A DNA stretch of 64,000 bases from an uncultured Collinsella sp. (GTDB taxonomy: Bacteria; Actinomycetota; Coriobacteriia; Coriobacteriales; Coriobacteriaceae), in contig CABSNK010000012.1 in assembly GCA_902479075.1 (NCBI GenBank), forward strand, positions 10,498 through 74,497, given 5' to 3'. The notes beneath the pieces are model-generated. The model saw nothing but the letters and a program-made list of their open reading frames with translations. It searched no databases and was not told where the DNA came from. Below are positions 1-8,833 of this stretch, piece after piece; the first letter of the stretch is position 1; every line of letters starts with the position of its first letter. A program made the position numbers and the translations under genes.

Positions 1-988
1 GCGCGATGAAACTATCGGCCTGGGCGACACGCTCGGCAGAGGAGTGAGAAATATCGCGCTCGTGCCACAGGGCGACGTTGTCGAAGGCGACCTGGGCGTT
101 GGACTTCACGACGCGCGACAGGCCGCAGACCTTCTCCATGGTGATCGGGTTGCGCTTGTGCGGCATGGCGGAGCTGCCCTTTTGACCCTTGCGGAACGGC
201 TCCTCGGCCTCGAGTGTATCGGTCTTCTGCAGATTGCGAACCTCGGTAGCGATGCGCTCGCAGGTGGCTGCCGTGGTGGCAAGGACGCCGGCGAGGTAGG
301 CGTGATGGTCGCGGCTGATGACCTGCGTGGACAGCGGGTCGTGAACCAGACCCAGGTGCTCGCAGACGTACTCCTCGACGAACGGCTCGATGGAGCTGTA
401 GGTGCCGACAGCACCCGAAATGGCACCGAAGGCAACGTTCTTGCGGGCATCCTCGAGACGGTCCAGATCGCGCTTGAGCTCCCAGGCCCAAGAGCCAAAC
501 TTCATACCGAAGGTCATCGGCTCGGCGTGGATGCCATGAGTACGGCCGGCACAGAGTGTGTTGCGCTCCTCGAAGGCACGACGCTTGCAGATCTCGCCGA
601 GCTTCTTGACGTCCTCGATGATCAGGTCACAGGCCTGGGTGAGCTGGTAGCACAGAGCCGTATCGCCCAGGTCGGAACTGGTCATGCCGTAGTGGACCCA
701 GCGGCTGGGCTTGGGGTCGCCCTCGGGAACATCGGCGTCGATGTACTCCTTCATGTTGGTCAGGAAAGCAATAACGTCGTGGCGCGTGACTTCCTCGATC
801 TCATCGACCTTTGCCTTCTCAAAGTTAGCGTGATCGCGGATCCACTGGGCTTCGTCTTTAGAAATACCGATCTTGCCGAGCTCCGCCTGGGCCTCGCAGG
901 CCAGGACCTCGATCTCCTGCCAAATGGCGTACTTGTTCTCGAGGGAGAAGATGTGTCCCATCTCCGGGCGAGTATAGCGATCGATCAT
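1..988 (-). CDS. purB: Adenylosuccinate lyase, N-terminal ~329 codons (3' end runs off the window start)
   Basis: Absent from the ORF track because it is open at the window edge. My reverse translation from ATG at 988 reads MIDRYTRPEMGHIFSLENKYAIWQEIEVLACEAQ...RKGQKGSSAMPHKRNPI, which carries the lyase-1 signature. AAGGAG lies 5 nt upstream. The plus ORF 44..1030 is its antisense shadow. Confidence 0.9.
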   Translation of the reverse strand, partial: MIDRYTRPEMGHIFSLENKYAIWQEIEVLACEAQAELGKIGISKDEAQWIRDHANFEKAKVDEIEEVTRHDVIAFLTNMKEYIDADVPEGDPKPSRWVHYGMTSSDLGDTALCYQLTQACDLIIEDVKKLGEICKRRAFEERNTLCAGRTHGIHAEPMTFGMKFGSWAWELKRDLDRLEDARKNVAFGAISGAVGTYSSIEPFVEEYVCEHLGLVHDPLSTQVISRDHHAYLAGVLATTAATCERIATEVRNLQKTDTLEAEEPFRKGQKGSSAMPHKRNPITMEKVCGLSRVVKSNAQVAFDNVALWHERDISHSSAERVAQADSFIA

Positions 989-1088
989 AGCGGCTCCTTT
1001 TTGGCTATTGGCACGTTGGTCGTAACTTAACCATTGTACCGTGCGTAGGTGCAAGTATGGGCAGCAGGCATTAACCTAACATTTTGCC

Positions 1089-1356
1089 GCAAGAGCGGCC
1101 ATGGGGACGTCCGCGTATTTGCTTCGCAAATCCGCACCGGCTGCGGTCGCCTGCCGGATTCGCGGAGACGGTGGGGAAAACTTTGTTGAATTGGCCGTCC
1201 CCGCGTCTCTCGTGCCCGGTGGAGCGGGCAACGGGACGTCCGCGTATTTACTTCGCAAATACGCACCGGCTTTAGGCGCCTGCCGGCGCCTTCGCCTGCT
1301 CGCTACAAACGCTTCGCGTTTGCTTTACGCTCACACCCTGGCGGGTTCGAGTCCCG
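1089..1356. repeat. Repeat region downstream of tRNA-Gly: partial direct copies of the tRNA 3' end, a ~50-bp direct repeat, GC-TTC-GC hairpins and an inverted T-arm copy
   Basis: TGGAGCGGGCAACGGGAC at 1220-1237 is identical to the tRNA-Gly gene end at 1412-1429. A degenerate copy, GAGCGGCCATGGGGAC, lies at ~1093-1108. GGGACGTCCGCGTATTTnCTTCGCAAATnCGCACCGGCT occurs at ~1103-1142 and ~1233-1272. GCGGGTTCGAGTCCCG at 1341-1356 is an inverted exact copy of the tRNA T-arm. Confidence 0.8.
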
Positions 1357-1365
1357 GCACTTTAT

Positions 1366-1400
1366 TGAAAAAAGCACGGCACCGTAATGGTGCCGTGCTT
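1366..1400 (-). terminator. Rho-independent terminator after tRNA-Gly
   Basis: 12-bp stem AAGCACGGCACC/GGTGCCGTGCTT (1372-1383 / 1389-1400), followed on the minus strand by TTTTTT. Confidence 0.8.
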
Positions 1401-1411
1401 GTGCTTTTAAC

Positions 1412-1486
1412 TGGAGCGGGCAACGGGACTCGAACCCGCGAGTGTCAGCTTGGGAAGCTGATGCCTTACCACTTGGCGATGCCCGC
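1412..1486 (-). tRNA. tRNA-Gly (anticodon CCC)
   Basis: Reverse complement GCGGGCATCGCCAAGTGGTAAGGCATCAGCTTCCCAAGCTGACACTCGCGGGTTCGAGTCCCGTTGCCCGCTCCA folds as a cloverleaf. Anticodon loop is TTCCCAA; CCA is encoded. Confidence 0.92.
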
Positions 1487-1783
1487 ATATGTGGGGGATA
1501 GTATAACGCGGTTGTCTTGTTCGATACAAGGGTGACGATACTTGTTTTAGCTATGGAGAATCCTCCTAAAAATAGGCCAATTGTGTAGATGAGGACCTGT
1601 AGGCTCTTTTATTTACCATTGTCTACCTGCAGATTTATTCCATTGTCTTTCGTAGGCGCCATTTGTCAGATATCGGGCAAGCTTTTGGTCAGGCTCCGGT
1701 ACTTACCCGCATGAACCTCGGGGGTAGCCTCATCCCAAGCGCCGCGGCCTCCCCGTGCGGCGCACGAGGGATAAGGAGCAGCC

Positions 1784-4700
1784 ATGTCCAACGCACCCAC
1801 GCACTCTGTCCACAGCGCAATCACAGCAGGATCGCTGCTCCTAGTCCTCTTTTTACTTTTAGGCTGCATGACACCGGATGCCGCGCTCGCCGTCGACGGT
1901 TATGAATCGCTCGGATTCCGCACTATCAGCAATGAATGCGGTCCTTTTGAAGTTGGCAAATACGAGGCACAGGATTCTTCGATTGCCTACTGCATGAACC
2001 AGGAGCGCTTTGGCCCTAGCACACCGGGCGGACCCTGGCTCACCTACAATCAGGGCTGGGTATGGCTCGAAGACGAATTCGCGGCCATCATCTGTCATGG
2101 CTACCCCACCGCCACATCCTTTGGCGGGCATAACCTATCCCCCGATCGAGCACGTGCCGCAACCCAACTTGCCGTCTGGATGCTCAACGGCACCACCCAT
2201 ACCGACGGATCATTCTCATATACAACCGCCCGGGGCGTCACAGAGAGGGGAAATTTTTCCGGCGACAATGAGGTCGTTGCCGCAGCGCGCTGGCTCCACG
2301 ACGGCGCCAAGTCGGGAAGCATTAAAGCCGCACCGCATCGCGCGCGGCGCTATTTGGGAGCTGTGTCGGGCGGCAGTAAACGTCAAGACATGCTCTACGT
2401 GCTCCCGGCCGTCTCCGTATCCTTCCAAAAACAGTCAGCCAACGCCGCCATCACGAGCGAAAACGATACCTACAGGCTCGACGGAGCGAGGTTCGACATC
2501 TATGAGAGCGTCGGCGACAAGCGTGTCGGCAGCATCCAGATGGACAGCAGCGGTCGCGCGCAGGCGACACTTTTGCCCAACGCGGCATATTACCTGGTCG
2601 AAACCAAAGCTCCGGCGGGTTATATCCCCAGGAGTGACCACATCGCCTTTTCCACCGGCAATGACGGCGGGAATGTCGTCATCGATGAGCAGCCCGGTAC
2701 CATTACCCTGCGCATCGCAAAGGTCGATGCCGCGACAGGGGCAGGCCCTCAAGTCAGCGCGTCACTTGCCGGCGCTGAGTTCACCTGCGTCTCACAGTCT
2801 ACCCCGGGCTGGACGCACACCCTCACGACGGATGAGGACGGCCGGGCAACACTTACCGACATCCCCCTGGGCACCTTTAGCATCTATGAGTCGAGAGCTC
2901 CCGAGGGTTATCTGCCCTCCAATGAAACCTGGAGCTATACCATCGGTGCCGACCAGCTCGGAGACGCGGGCGTCGTTGAACTCGAGCGTCGCATCCCCAA
3001 CATCCCCATCGCTTTTGACCTCGAGATTTCAAAGTTCAAGGACTGCGGTAATAGTGACGAATCTGGTGTAGAGCAGCCGGCGGAAGGCGTGGTCTTTGAA
3101 GTGGCAAGCAACACTTCGCAGCAGGTTGTTGGAACGCTGACCACCAATATCTACGGCTTCGCATCGACCAAAGACCAGGCCGGAGCATGGTTTGGCGCAG
3201 GAGAGCGCCCCGATGGCGTCAGCGGAACCATACCGTATGACCGTGCCGGCTACACCATTCGTGAGGTTGTCGACACTGTGCCCGACGGCTTTAAGCAGGC
3301 AGGGGAATGGACTATCACAGCAGAGCAGATCACGGACGGCGCAGAGCTTCAGTACATCGTAGACAACCACGCCCTGTCGACACATCTTCAAATCGTGAAG
3401 CGCGATGCTCAGACCGGCAACGCCGTACCACGCGCTGGGTTCACCTTTCAGCTGCTCAACGGCGACCGTGAGCCCATCTCGCAAACATCCTGGCATCCCG
3501 CCCATACCGTTATGAATACCTTTACGACCGATGAAACCGGCACCGTCACCCTACCCGAATCGCTTAACCCGGGCACGTATTACATACGAGAGACTTCCGC
3601 CAAGGAACCGTATCTTGTTGGTGAAGATCTGGAGATAACGATTCCCGCCGACATGAACTTAACGCCCGTCGCGATCGCCTCGTTTTACGACGACGCGGCA
3701 ACAGGAAGCATCGAGATCGTCAAGAACGATGCCGTAGGTGGGCGCGCCCTTGCCGGTGCTGTTTTTGATATCCGTGCCGCGGGCGATATCGTGCGCCCCG
3801 ACGGCAGCATTGCTGCCCTGGACGGCGAAACCGTCACATCCATCACGACCGACGAGCGGGGATTTGCGTGCGCGACTCATCTTTCACTGGGGTGCGGAAC
3901 CGCCACCTATGAGGTAATCGAGGTGCAGGCACCCGAAGGTTACCTGCTCGACCAAAGCGTCCACACCGTCGAGCTGTCGTATGCCGGTCAGGAAACACCC
4001 GTGATCAATGCGCACCTCGATGTTTCTAACGACTACACCAAAATCGACATCTCCAAAGTAGATTTGACCGGCAAACAAGAAGTGGAAGGCGCCCGGCTCT
4101 CCCTCCACGGTGCCGACGGAACCGAAATTGACGCTTGGACCTCCTCTGACAAACCGCATCGCATCGAGCATCTTTTGCCCGGCACCTACACCCTGTGCGA
4201 AGTGATGCCCCCGCGCACTTACGACCTTGCCGAAGACATGACGTTTGAAATTAAGGCCACAGGAGAAGTGCAGACGGTAACCATGAAGGACGCACCCATC
4301 GAGATCGAGGGCAAAGTCGACAAGCGGCAAGAGATCGCCCGCCCTATCGGTAAGGGTCTCGTCGCCAACGGCGATGGCAAAAACCGAGCCGCGGCACAAT
4401 CCGATGCGGACGGCTCCTTCTCTTATACGCTCGATGCTAAAAATGAGTCGAATACCTGGGTTGATGAATTCACCATCACTGACGATCTCGAATGCGCCAA
4501 GGAAGGCACTGCCAAACTCATCGCCATCGAAACCCCTGTCGCGACCGGGGACATCGACGGTCTTTGCAACGTGTGGTATCGAACGTCTCCAGTGGGAAGT
4601 ATCGATACGGGCGAACAGGCCAATGCAACGCTCAGCGACGGGCATGACAACCCCTGGCTCGAAACGGACGAGGTCAAAAAGCTCCTAGGTGACGATTTGC

Positions 4701-5215
4701 GCATGGTCGATTACGGCGATTGGCATCTTTGGAAAGACGATATCCCAACAACGGAGTCGGTCACCCTCGAGGCAAAAGAGCTCGCTCTTTTGGACGATAC
4801 CGCCGTCACGGGCATTCGTCTTGAGTACGGGGCCGTATCGGCCGACTTCACGACAAGAGGCGCTGCAGAATCTTGGGCCCGCGAGGACCTCAAAGACGAG
4901 CATGACGACCTTGATGATGTGAGCGCCGTCCTTGACTCGGATATTCACGGTGCCGTCATCCATATGCAGGCCGCATCGTCTTACACGCCTCAGACCGCAC
5001 TCGCCAACAGCGCTCGCGTTGACCTCTGTCGCAATGGCGGCGGTAGCAACCTTGAATCACATGACGAGGATCGCGTCATCCAGCGATGCGTCATGCCGCA
5101 AGATTTACCGGCAACGGGCTCCCTTCCCATTGCCGCCTGCCTCACCGCCTTCGTGACCTCCGGCGCCGCGACAATCTGGTTTGCCCATCTAAAGCTGGCG
5201 TCAAAACGTCGCTGA
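1784..5215 (+). CDS. LPXTG-anchored surface adhesin with an N-terminal thioester (TQXA) domain and multiple CnaB/SpaA-type repeat domains
   Basis: AAGGAG RBS. Signal peptide ...LLLVLFLLLGCMTPDAALA. Cys motif AYCMNQ plus TQLAVW (TQXA). At least 6 repeats of the G.F.i...........Y.l.E..AP.GY type (YYLVETKAPAGY, FSIYESRAPEGY, YEVIEVQAPEGY). C-terminal LPATG, then a hydrophobic stretch, then KRR. Confidence 0.9.
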   Translation: MSNAPTHSVHSAITAGSLLLVLFLLLGCMTPDAALAVDGYESLGFRTISNECGPFEVGKYEAQDSSIAYCMNQERFGPSTPGGPWLTYNQGWVWLEDEFAAIICHGYPTATSFGGHNLSPDRARAATQLAVWMLNGTTHTDGSFSYTTARGVTERGNFSGDNEVVAAARWLHDGAKSGSIKAAPHRARRYLGAVSGGSKRQDMLYVLPAVSVSFQKQSANAAITSENDTYRLDGARFDIYESVGDKRVGSIQMDSSGRAQATLLPNAAYYLVETKAPAGYIPRSDHIAFSTGNDGGNVVIDEQPGTITLRIAKVDAATGAGPQVSASLAGAEFTCVSQSTPGWTHTLTTDEDGRATLTDIPLGTFSIYESRAPEGYLPSNETWSYTIGADQLGDAGVVELERRIPNIPIAFDLEISKFKDCGNSDESGVEQPAEGVVFEVASNTSQQVVGTLTTNIYGFASTKDQAGAWFGAGERPDGVSGTIPYDRAGYTIREVVDTVPDGFKQAGEWTITAEQITDGAELQYIVDNHALSTHLQIVKRDAQTGNAVPRAGFTFQLLNGDREPISQTSWHPAHTVMNTFTTDETGTVTLPESLNPGTYYIRETSAKEPYLVGEDLEITIPADMNLTPVAIASFYDDAATGSIEIVKNDAVGGRALAGAVFDIRAAGDIVRPDGSIAALDGETVTSITTDERGFACATHLSLGCGTATYEVIEVQAPEGYLLDQSVHTVELSYAGQETPVINAHLDVSNDYTKIDISKVDLTGKQEVEGARLSLHGADGTEIDAWTSSDKPHRIEHLLPGTYTLCEVMPPRTYDLAEDMTFEIKATGEVQTVTMKDAPIEIEGKVDKRQEIARPIGKGLVANGDGKNRAAAQSDADGSFSYTLDAKNESNTWVDEFTITDDLECAKEGTAKLIAIETPVATGDIDGLCNVWYRTSPVGSIDTGEQANATLSDGHDNPWLETDEVKKLLGDDLRMVDYGDWHLWKDDIPTTESVTLEAKELALLDDTAVTGIRLEYGAVSADFTTRGAAESWAREDLKDEHDDLDDVSAVLDSDIHGAVIHMQAASSYTPQTALANSARVDLCRNGGGSNLESHDEDRVIQRCVMPQDLPATGSLPIAACLTAFVTSGAATIWFAHLKLASKRR

Positions 5216-5227
5216 CGCAATAAAAAA

Positions 5228-5257
5228 AGAGGCGAGCCCGTCTCCCGGCTCGCCTCT
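5228..5257. terminator. Bidirectional terminator hairpin between convergent genes
   Basis: Stem AGAGGCGAGCC/GGCTCGCCTCT, flanked by AAAAAAA on the left and TATT on the right. Confidence 0.75.
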
Positions 5258-5278
5258 TATTCGTTCGTGGCGAAATGG

Positions 5279-5497
5279 CTATTCCCCAGATGCAGACCCA
5301 CCGTCGATGAGCGCTTGTTCGGACTCGGAGATGCCATCGGCTCCCAAACTCTGCTCGTGCTCCACTTCTTCGCTAATCGTGGACTCAGGCGTTGAGCCTT
5401 TAACACCCACGATATACGCGGCCCCGAAACCAAGGGCAATGGCGATCAGGACCAAGATAAGATAGACGGGCCAGTGGCGCTTGATGTACGAAAACAC
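5279..5497 (-). CDS. Small membrane protein with one TM helix and an acidic tail, unknown function
   Basis: GTG start with AAGGAG 6 nt upstream. Sequence HWPVYLILVLIAIALGFGAAYIV. Lies 21 nt downstream of the M28-like gene. Confidence 0.6.
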   Translation of the reverse strand: MFSYIKRHWPVYLILVLIAIALGFGAAYIVGVKGSTPESTISEEVEHEQSLGADGISESEQALIDGGSASGE

Positions 5498-5518
5498 GCA
5501 GACTCCTTATAGGTCAAC

Positions 5519-8500
5519 CTACGAACGACGAATGACCTCGGTCACGACCTCGGACACCGTAGCGATATTTGTCGGATTGACGTTGTACGGCAGATCGTCC
5601 TCAGTGTGAGCGCATGCCAAACGCGGGCCGTCGACGCCGGCAATGGTAAGGGCGCGTCGGCTTGCCTCGAGAGCAGCATAGGCATCGGTCTTGGCATAGG
5701 GCATCTCAAATGCACCGCAATCGACATGGAACGCCTTGCAGACCTTGCTGACCAGGTTCATGATACGGCGGTCGCCCTTAAGCAGCTGTTGCTCGCCCTC
5801 GACCGTCACGACCGAAATCCTGCCGGCACCAATGGACTCGAGGTTGATAAAGAACACGCCACGAAGCTTATCGCGATGAGAGGCCAGGAAAGCCTTCATG
5901 CCGGCGCCATCGCAATCGGAGGCACCCGTCGCAACAAACCAAATATCATGGCCGAGCAACTCATCATCACCCATAGAGGCAACTGCCGCGAGCATATCCT
6001 CATTCGATGCACCATCGGAAGACGTAGCGCCGCCCTTCCAACCGTCGTCATCGTCTTCGAAGTTATCCCACGAACCGATGCCGCGGCCAGACTTCTTGGC
6101 ATCGTAGTCATCATCGACACCAAGCCAGTCGCTCATGCTGTCCTGGTCGCTCTTTTTCTTGCGCCCAAACAGGCCGCCGATACCGCGCTTTTGGGGCTTC
6201 GGGGTCGTCACGGGAGCCGAGATAGTCTCGAGCGGCTGCACATCTGGTGCAACGGGCATAGAGGGCGCCACCGGCGCCGATGAGGGCTCCGAGCCCTGTG
6301 CCGTAACAAAGGGATCGTCGGTCTGCGCCGAAGGATCGGGCAGGTCAAACAGCGACGTACGAGACGCGACGTTGGCCTGCTGCATCGAGGGCAGCGACGG
6401 GTCGGGGACGGAGGCCAGCGGCGACGGTGAGGGCGTGGAGGCCGGATCGGGGATATTCATCTGCGGGCGCGACGGCACACGAGACGAAATCTGAGCCATG
6501 AGGGAGTCTACTGTCTCGTCCTGCGTGGGGGCGGCGTTGGCTACCGTGGCGCCGGGATCGCTCGACGTGGGCATGGTAAAGATCTGCGTAGAGTAGGGCC
6601 TGGATTCATCAGCCTTGGGAGCTTCATCGACCGTAGAGGAATTCGGCTCCACAACAGGCACCTCGACCTGTTCGGGCACATTGTCCTCAATAGAATCAGC
6701 CACATCGTCAACCGCGTCTTCGGTAGCGGTAGCTGCGTCCGCAGCTTCATCGGAGACGGAAATGGGCTCGGCGATCGCAGTGCCCTGCTTCTCGAACGTC
6801 ATCGTGGCATCGAAGGACACGGTGTTATCGACCGGCTTCTGCGCATCAAAGGACGTCGTCGCCTCCGCGTCGTCAGCGGACGTCGGCTGCGAGGCCTCGA
6901 AAGACGTCGTGGCGTCAGCGGGGTCGGCAGGCGCCGGCTGCTCGGCCTCGTTCTGCTCAAACTCCTGTGCCGCGCGCTCGCGCTCGGCCTCGGCAGCCTG
7001 TTGTTGGGCTATAGCCTCCTGCTCGGCAGCCTCGCGGGCAGCAGCGCGCTTTTCCTCAAAGTCGTCAACGAGCTTCTTACCCTTCGCAAAGGCGCCCTTA
7101 AAGAAGCTGGAGGCGCTGGCGCCAAGCGAGGAGAATGCGGAAGCGATATCGGCATGGGGCGTTGTCGAAGGGAGCTCGGACGAGAAATCGGTATCACTCT
7201 CGTAGGACACGCGCTGCGGATACTCGTCGTAGTCCTCATCAGCGGAATCGCCCTCTGCCTGTTCCGGAGCAGCGGGGGCAAGAATGTCAAGGCCGGCTGC
7301 GGGGTCGAGTGCGGACTCCGCCTCGGGCTCAATATCGGAGGACGGGGCAGACACGAGCTCGGCGTCCGCAGCGGACACATCAGACACGGGCTCTTGAGCC
7401 TCGGAAATGGGCTCGGGCTCAAACGCCGGTTCCTCGCCTTCATCGTAAACAAGCGAGCAGGACTCGGGCAGCATACCGAGCGCGCGGATGGCATCCGAGC
7501 CAAAGCGGATATTGCCGGCTGCATTGCGATAGAGTTTGGGCTCGGGCTCGACCACTACGGGCTCCTCCGCCGGCTCGGCGGCGGGCACCTCCTCGGTGGC
7601 CACCTCGGTCTGAACGGCCTGGTCCTGAGCCTCGGGCGCGATGGTGCCGATCAGCGTCGCGTCAGCAGAAGCGCCCTCGAAGCCATCGATCTGCTCATCG
7701 GGCGCCTCATCCTGCTCGGGCTCGGCAGCAAACGGCTGTCCGAACTCGTCCTCGGTATAGCTCGGCTCCTCATATTCGATGGTGTTGCCATAATCGTTTT
7801 GCTGCTGCGCCGCAGCGTACTCGGCCGCGGCACGCGCCATTTCCTCGGCCCGGCGCTTTTGCTCGCCAAAATACGTATCGAACGGAATATCGTTGGGAAA
7901 TTCATTTTCCCCCTGATAAGGGGCAACGTTGTCCATAACACCAAGCATGGCGGCAACAGAAGACTTGTTGCACACCGATCCAGACGTATAGGGAAGCACG
8001 AAACGGTTGGCAATGATATTTGCCGCGTTGGCAAGCGCCACCAGCGAAGCGAGAATCGCTACGATCCACAGCAGGACCTTGAGCGCGCCGGGGAGCGGCA
8101 GGATGCGCAGAACGGCCACGGCGGCGGGAACGATCGTCGCCACCGGCAGCGACTTTGCGACCAGCGCGCGATAGGGCGCATAGGGCTCGCGCGCGAACAA
8201 CTCGGCGCGAGGAGAATCATAGTGGGCCACCACGACCACGGGACGATTGCGCGGAGACGCAAGCGGGCCCGAAGCCTTGTGATAGGCGATGACATTTTGG
8301 CTCACGCCCGTTTTGCCCAAGCGCGAAATGACAGGACGGCCCATACGCTCGAGCACATACAGCACCGCGCCGGCAATCGCCAGCAAGGTGCCGACCAAGC
8401 CGACGCCTCCGCCGATACCCATGAGCAAGGCGCCCGCGAAAGCCAAAATACCCGTTACGGCAAACGCCAGCCTGCTGGGTGCAGGAGCATTAAACTCCTG

Positions 8501-8635
8501 CACCTCGGGATCAAAACCGTGGTTGCGGAAAATCTGAGCGATATCCTCGGCAGCCAAACGCTCCTCTTCGCTGCACGCGGGCGTGATGCCGGTGTTCTGC
8601 AGCAGGTGGTTAATATAATTCTGGGTGTTCGCCAT
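5519..8635 (-). CDS. Membrane-associated M28-like (aminopeptidase family) protein interrupted by a ~500-aa acidic low-complexity region
   Basis: Start chosen at MANTQNY (GGAG 7 nt upstream) rather than the ORF-track 8725. N-terminal part has VVVVAHYDSPRAE plus TM helices. C-terminal part has IWFVATGASDCDGAGMKAFL...FFINLESIGAG. The middle is E/A/P/S/D-rich. Confidence 0.6.
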   Translation of the reverse strand: MANTQNYINHLLQNTGITPACSEEERLAAEDIAQIFRNHGFDPEVQEFNAPAPSRLAFAVTGILAFAGALLMGIGGGVGLVGTLLAIAGAVLYVLERMGRPVISRLGKTGVSQNVIAYHKASGPLASPRNRPVVVVAHYDSPRAELFAREPYAPYRALVAKSLPVATIVPAAVAVLRILPLPGALKVLLWIVAILASLVALANAANIIANRFVLPYTSGSVCNKSSVAAMLGVMDNVAPYQGENEFPNDIPFDTYFGEQKRRAEEMARAAAEYAAAQQQNDYGNTIEYEEPSYTEDEFGQPFAAEPEQDEAPDEQIDGFEGASADATLIGTIAPEAQDQAVQTEVATEEVPAAEPAEEPVVVEPEPKLYRNAAGNIRFGSDAIRALGMLPESCSLVYDEGEEPAFEPEPISEAQEPVSDVSAADAELVSAPSSDIEPEAESALDPAAGLDILAPAAPEQAEGDSADEDYDEYPQRVSYESDTDFSSELPSTTPHADIASAFSSLGASASSFFKGAFAKGKKLVDDFEEKRAAAREAAEQEAIAQQQAAEAERERAAQEFEQNEAEQPAPADPADATTSFEASQPTSADDAEATTSFDAQKPVDNTVSFDATMTFEKQGTAIAEPISVSDEAADAATATEDAVDDVADSIEDNVPEQVEVPVVEPNSSTVDEAPKADESRPYSTQIFTMPTSSDPGATVANAAPTQDETVDSLMAQISSRVPSRPQMNIPDPASTPSPSPLASVPDPSLPSMQQANVASRTSLFDLPDPSAQTDDPFVTAQGSEPSSAPVAPSMPVAPDVQPLETISAPVTTPKPQKRGIGGLFGRKKKSDQDSMSDWLGVDDDYDAKKSGRGIGSWDNFEDDDDGWKGGATSSDGASNEDMLAAVASMGDDELLGHDIWFVATGASDCDGAGMKAFLASHRDKLRGVFFINLESIGAGRISVVTVEGEQQLLKGDRRIMNLVSKVCKAFHVDCGAFEMPYAKTDAYAALEASRRALTIAGVDGPRLACAHTEDDLPYNVNPTNIATVSEVVTEVIRRS

Positions 8636-8833
8636 GTGCGCTCCACATCCATAATCCGACAAATAGGCCCAGTGCTTGCACATTAGGACCGTATATAGTC
8701 GAAAGTATACCCCGAGCGGACGCAAACGGCGGAATTCCGATTACGTTAACGCCTCATACGGACATGGATATAGCCTAATCTCCATATCGGACTAAAATCA
8801 TGGCATCGAACAACCTTCTCATGCGAGGATTCT

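Noticed and set aside
44-1030. 328-aa plus-strand ORF covering the first kilobase
   Set aside because: It is the antisense shadow of purB. The minus-strand frame gives an unmistakable adenylosuccinate lyase with an RBS, while the plus-frame product is low-complexity and G/A/L/V/D-rich.
1784-1900. LLGC in the adhesin signal peptide as a lipobox
   Set aside because: Position -2 is Leu, which is atypical. An ALA-V signal peptidase I site follows. The protein also has an LPXTG anchor, so a lipoprotein assignment is unlikely.
8653-8662. TTGTCGGATT (minus strand) upstream of the M28-like gene, resembling the PafBC-associated RecA-NDp motif TGTCGGTG-N8-TAnnnT
   Set aside because: The downstream -10-like element is missing at the required spacing, and the half-site itself deviates.
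6615-8686. Plus-strand ORFs of 196, 561 and 267 aa inside the M28-like gene
   Set aside because: Their R/G/S/A-rich products lie antisense to the minus-strand gene, whose ends have peptidase-like motifs and a good RBS.
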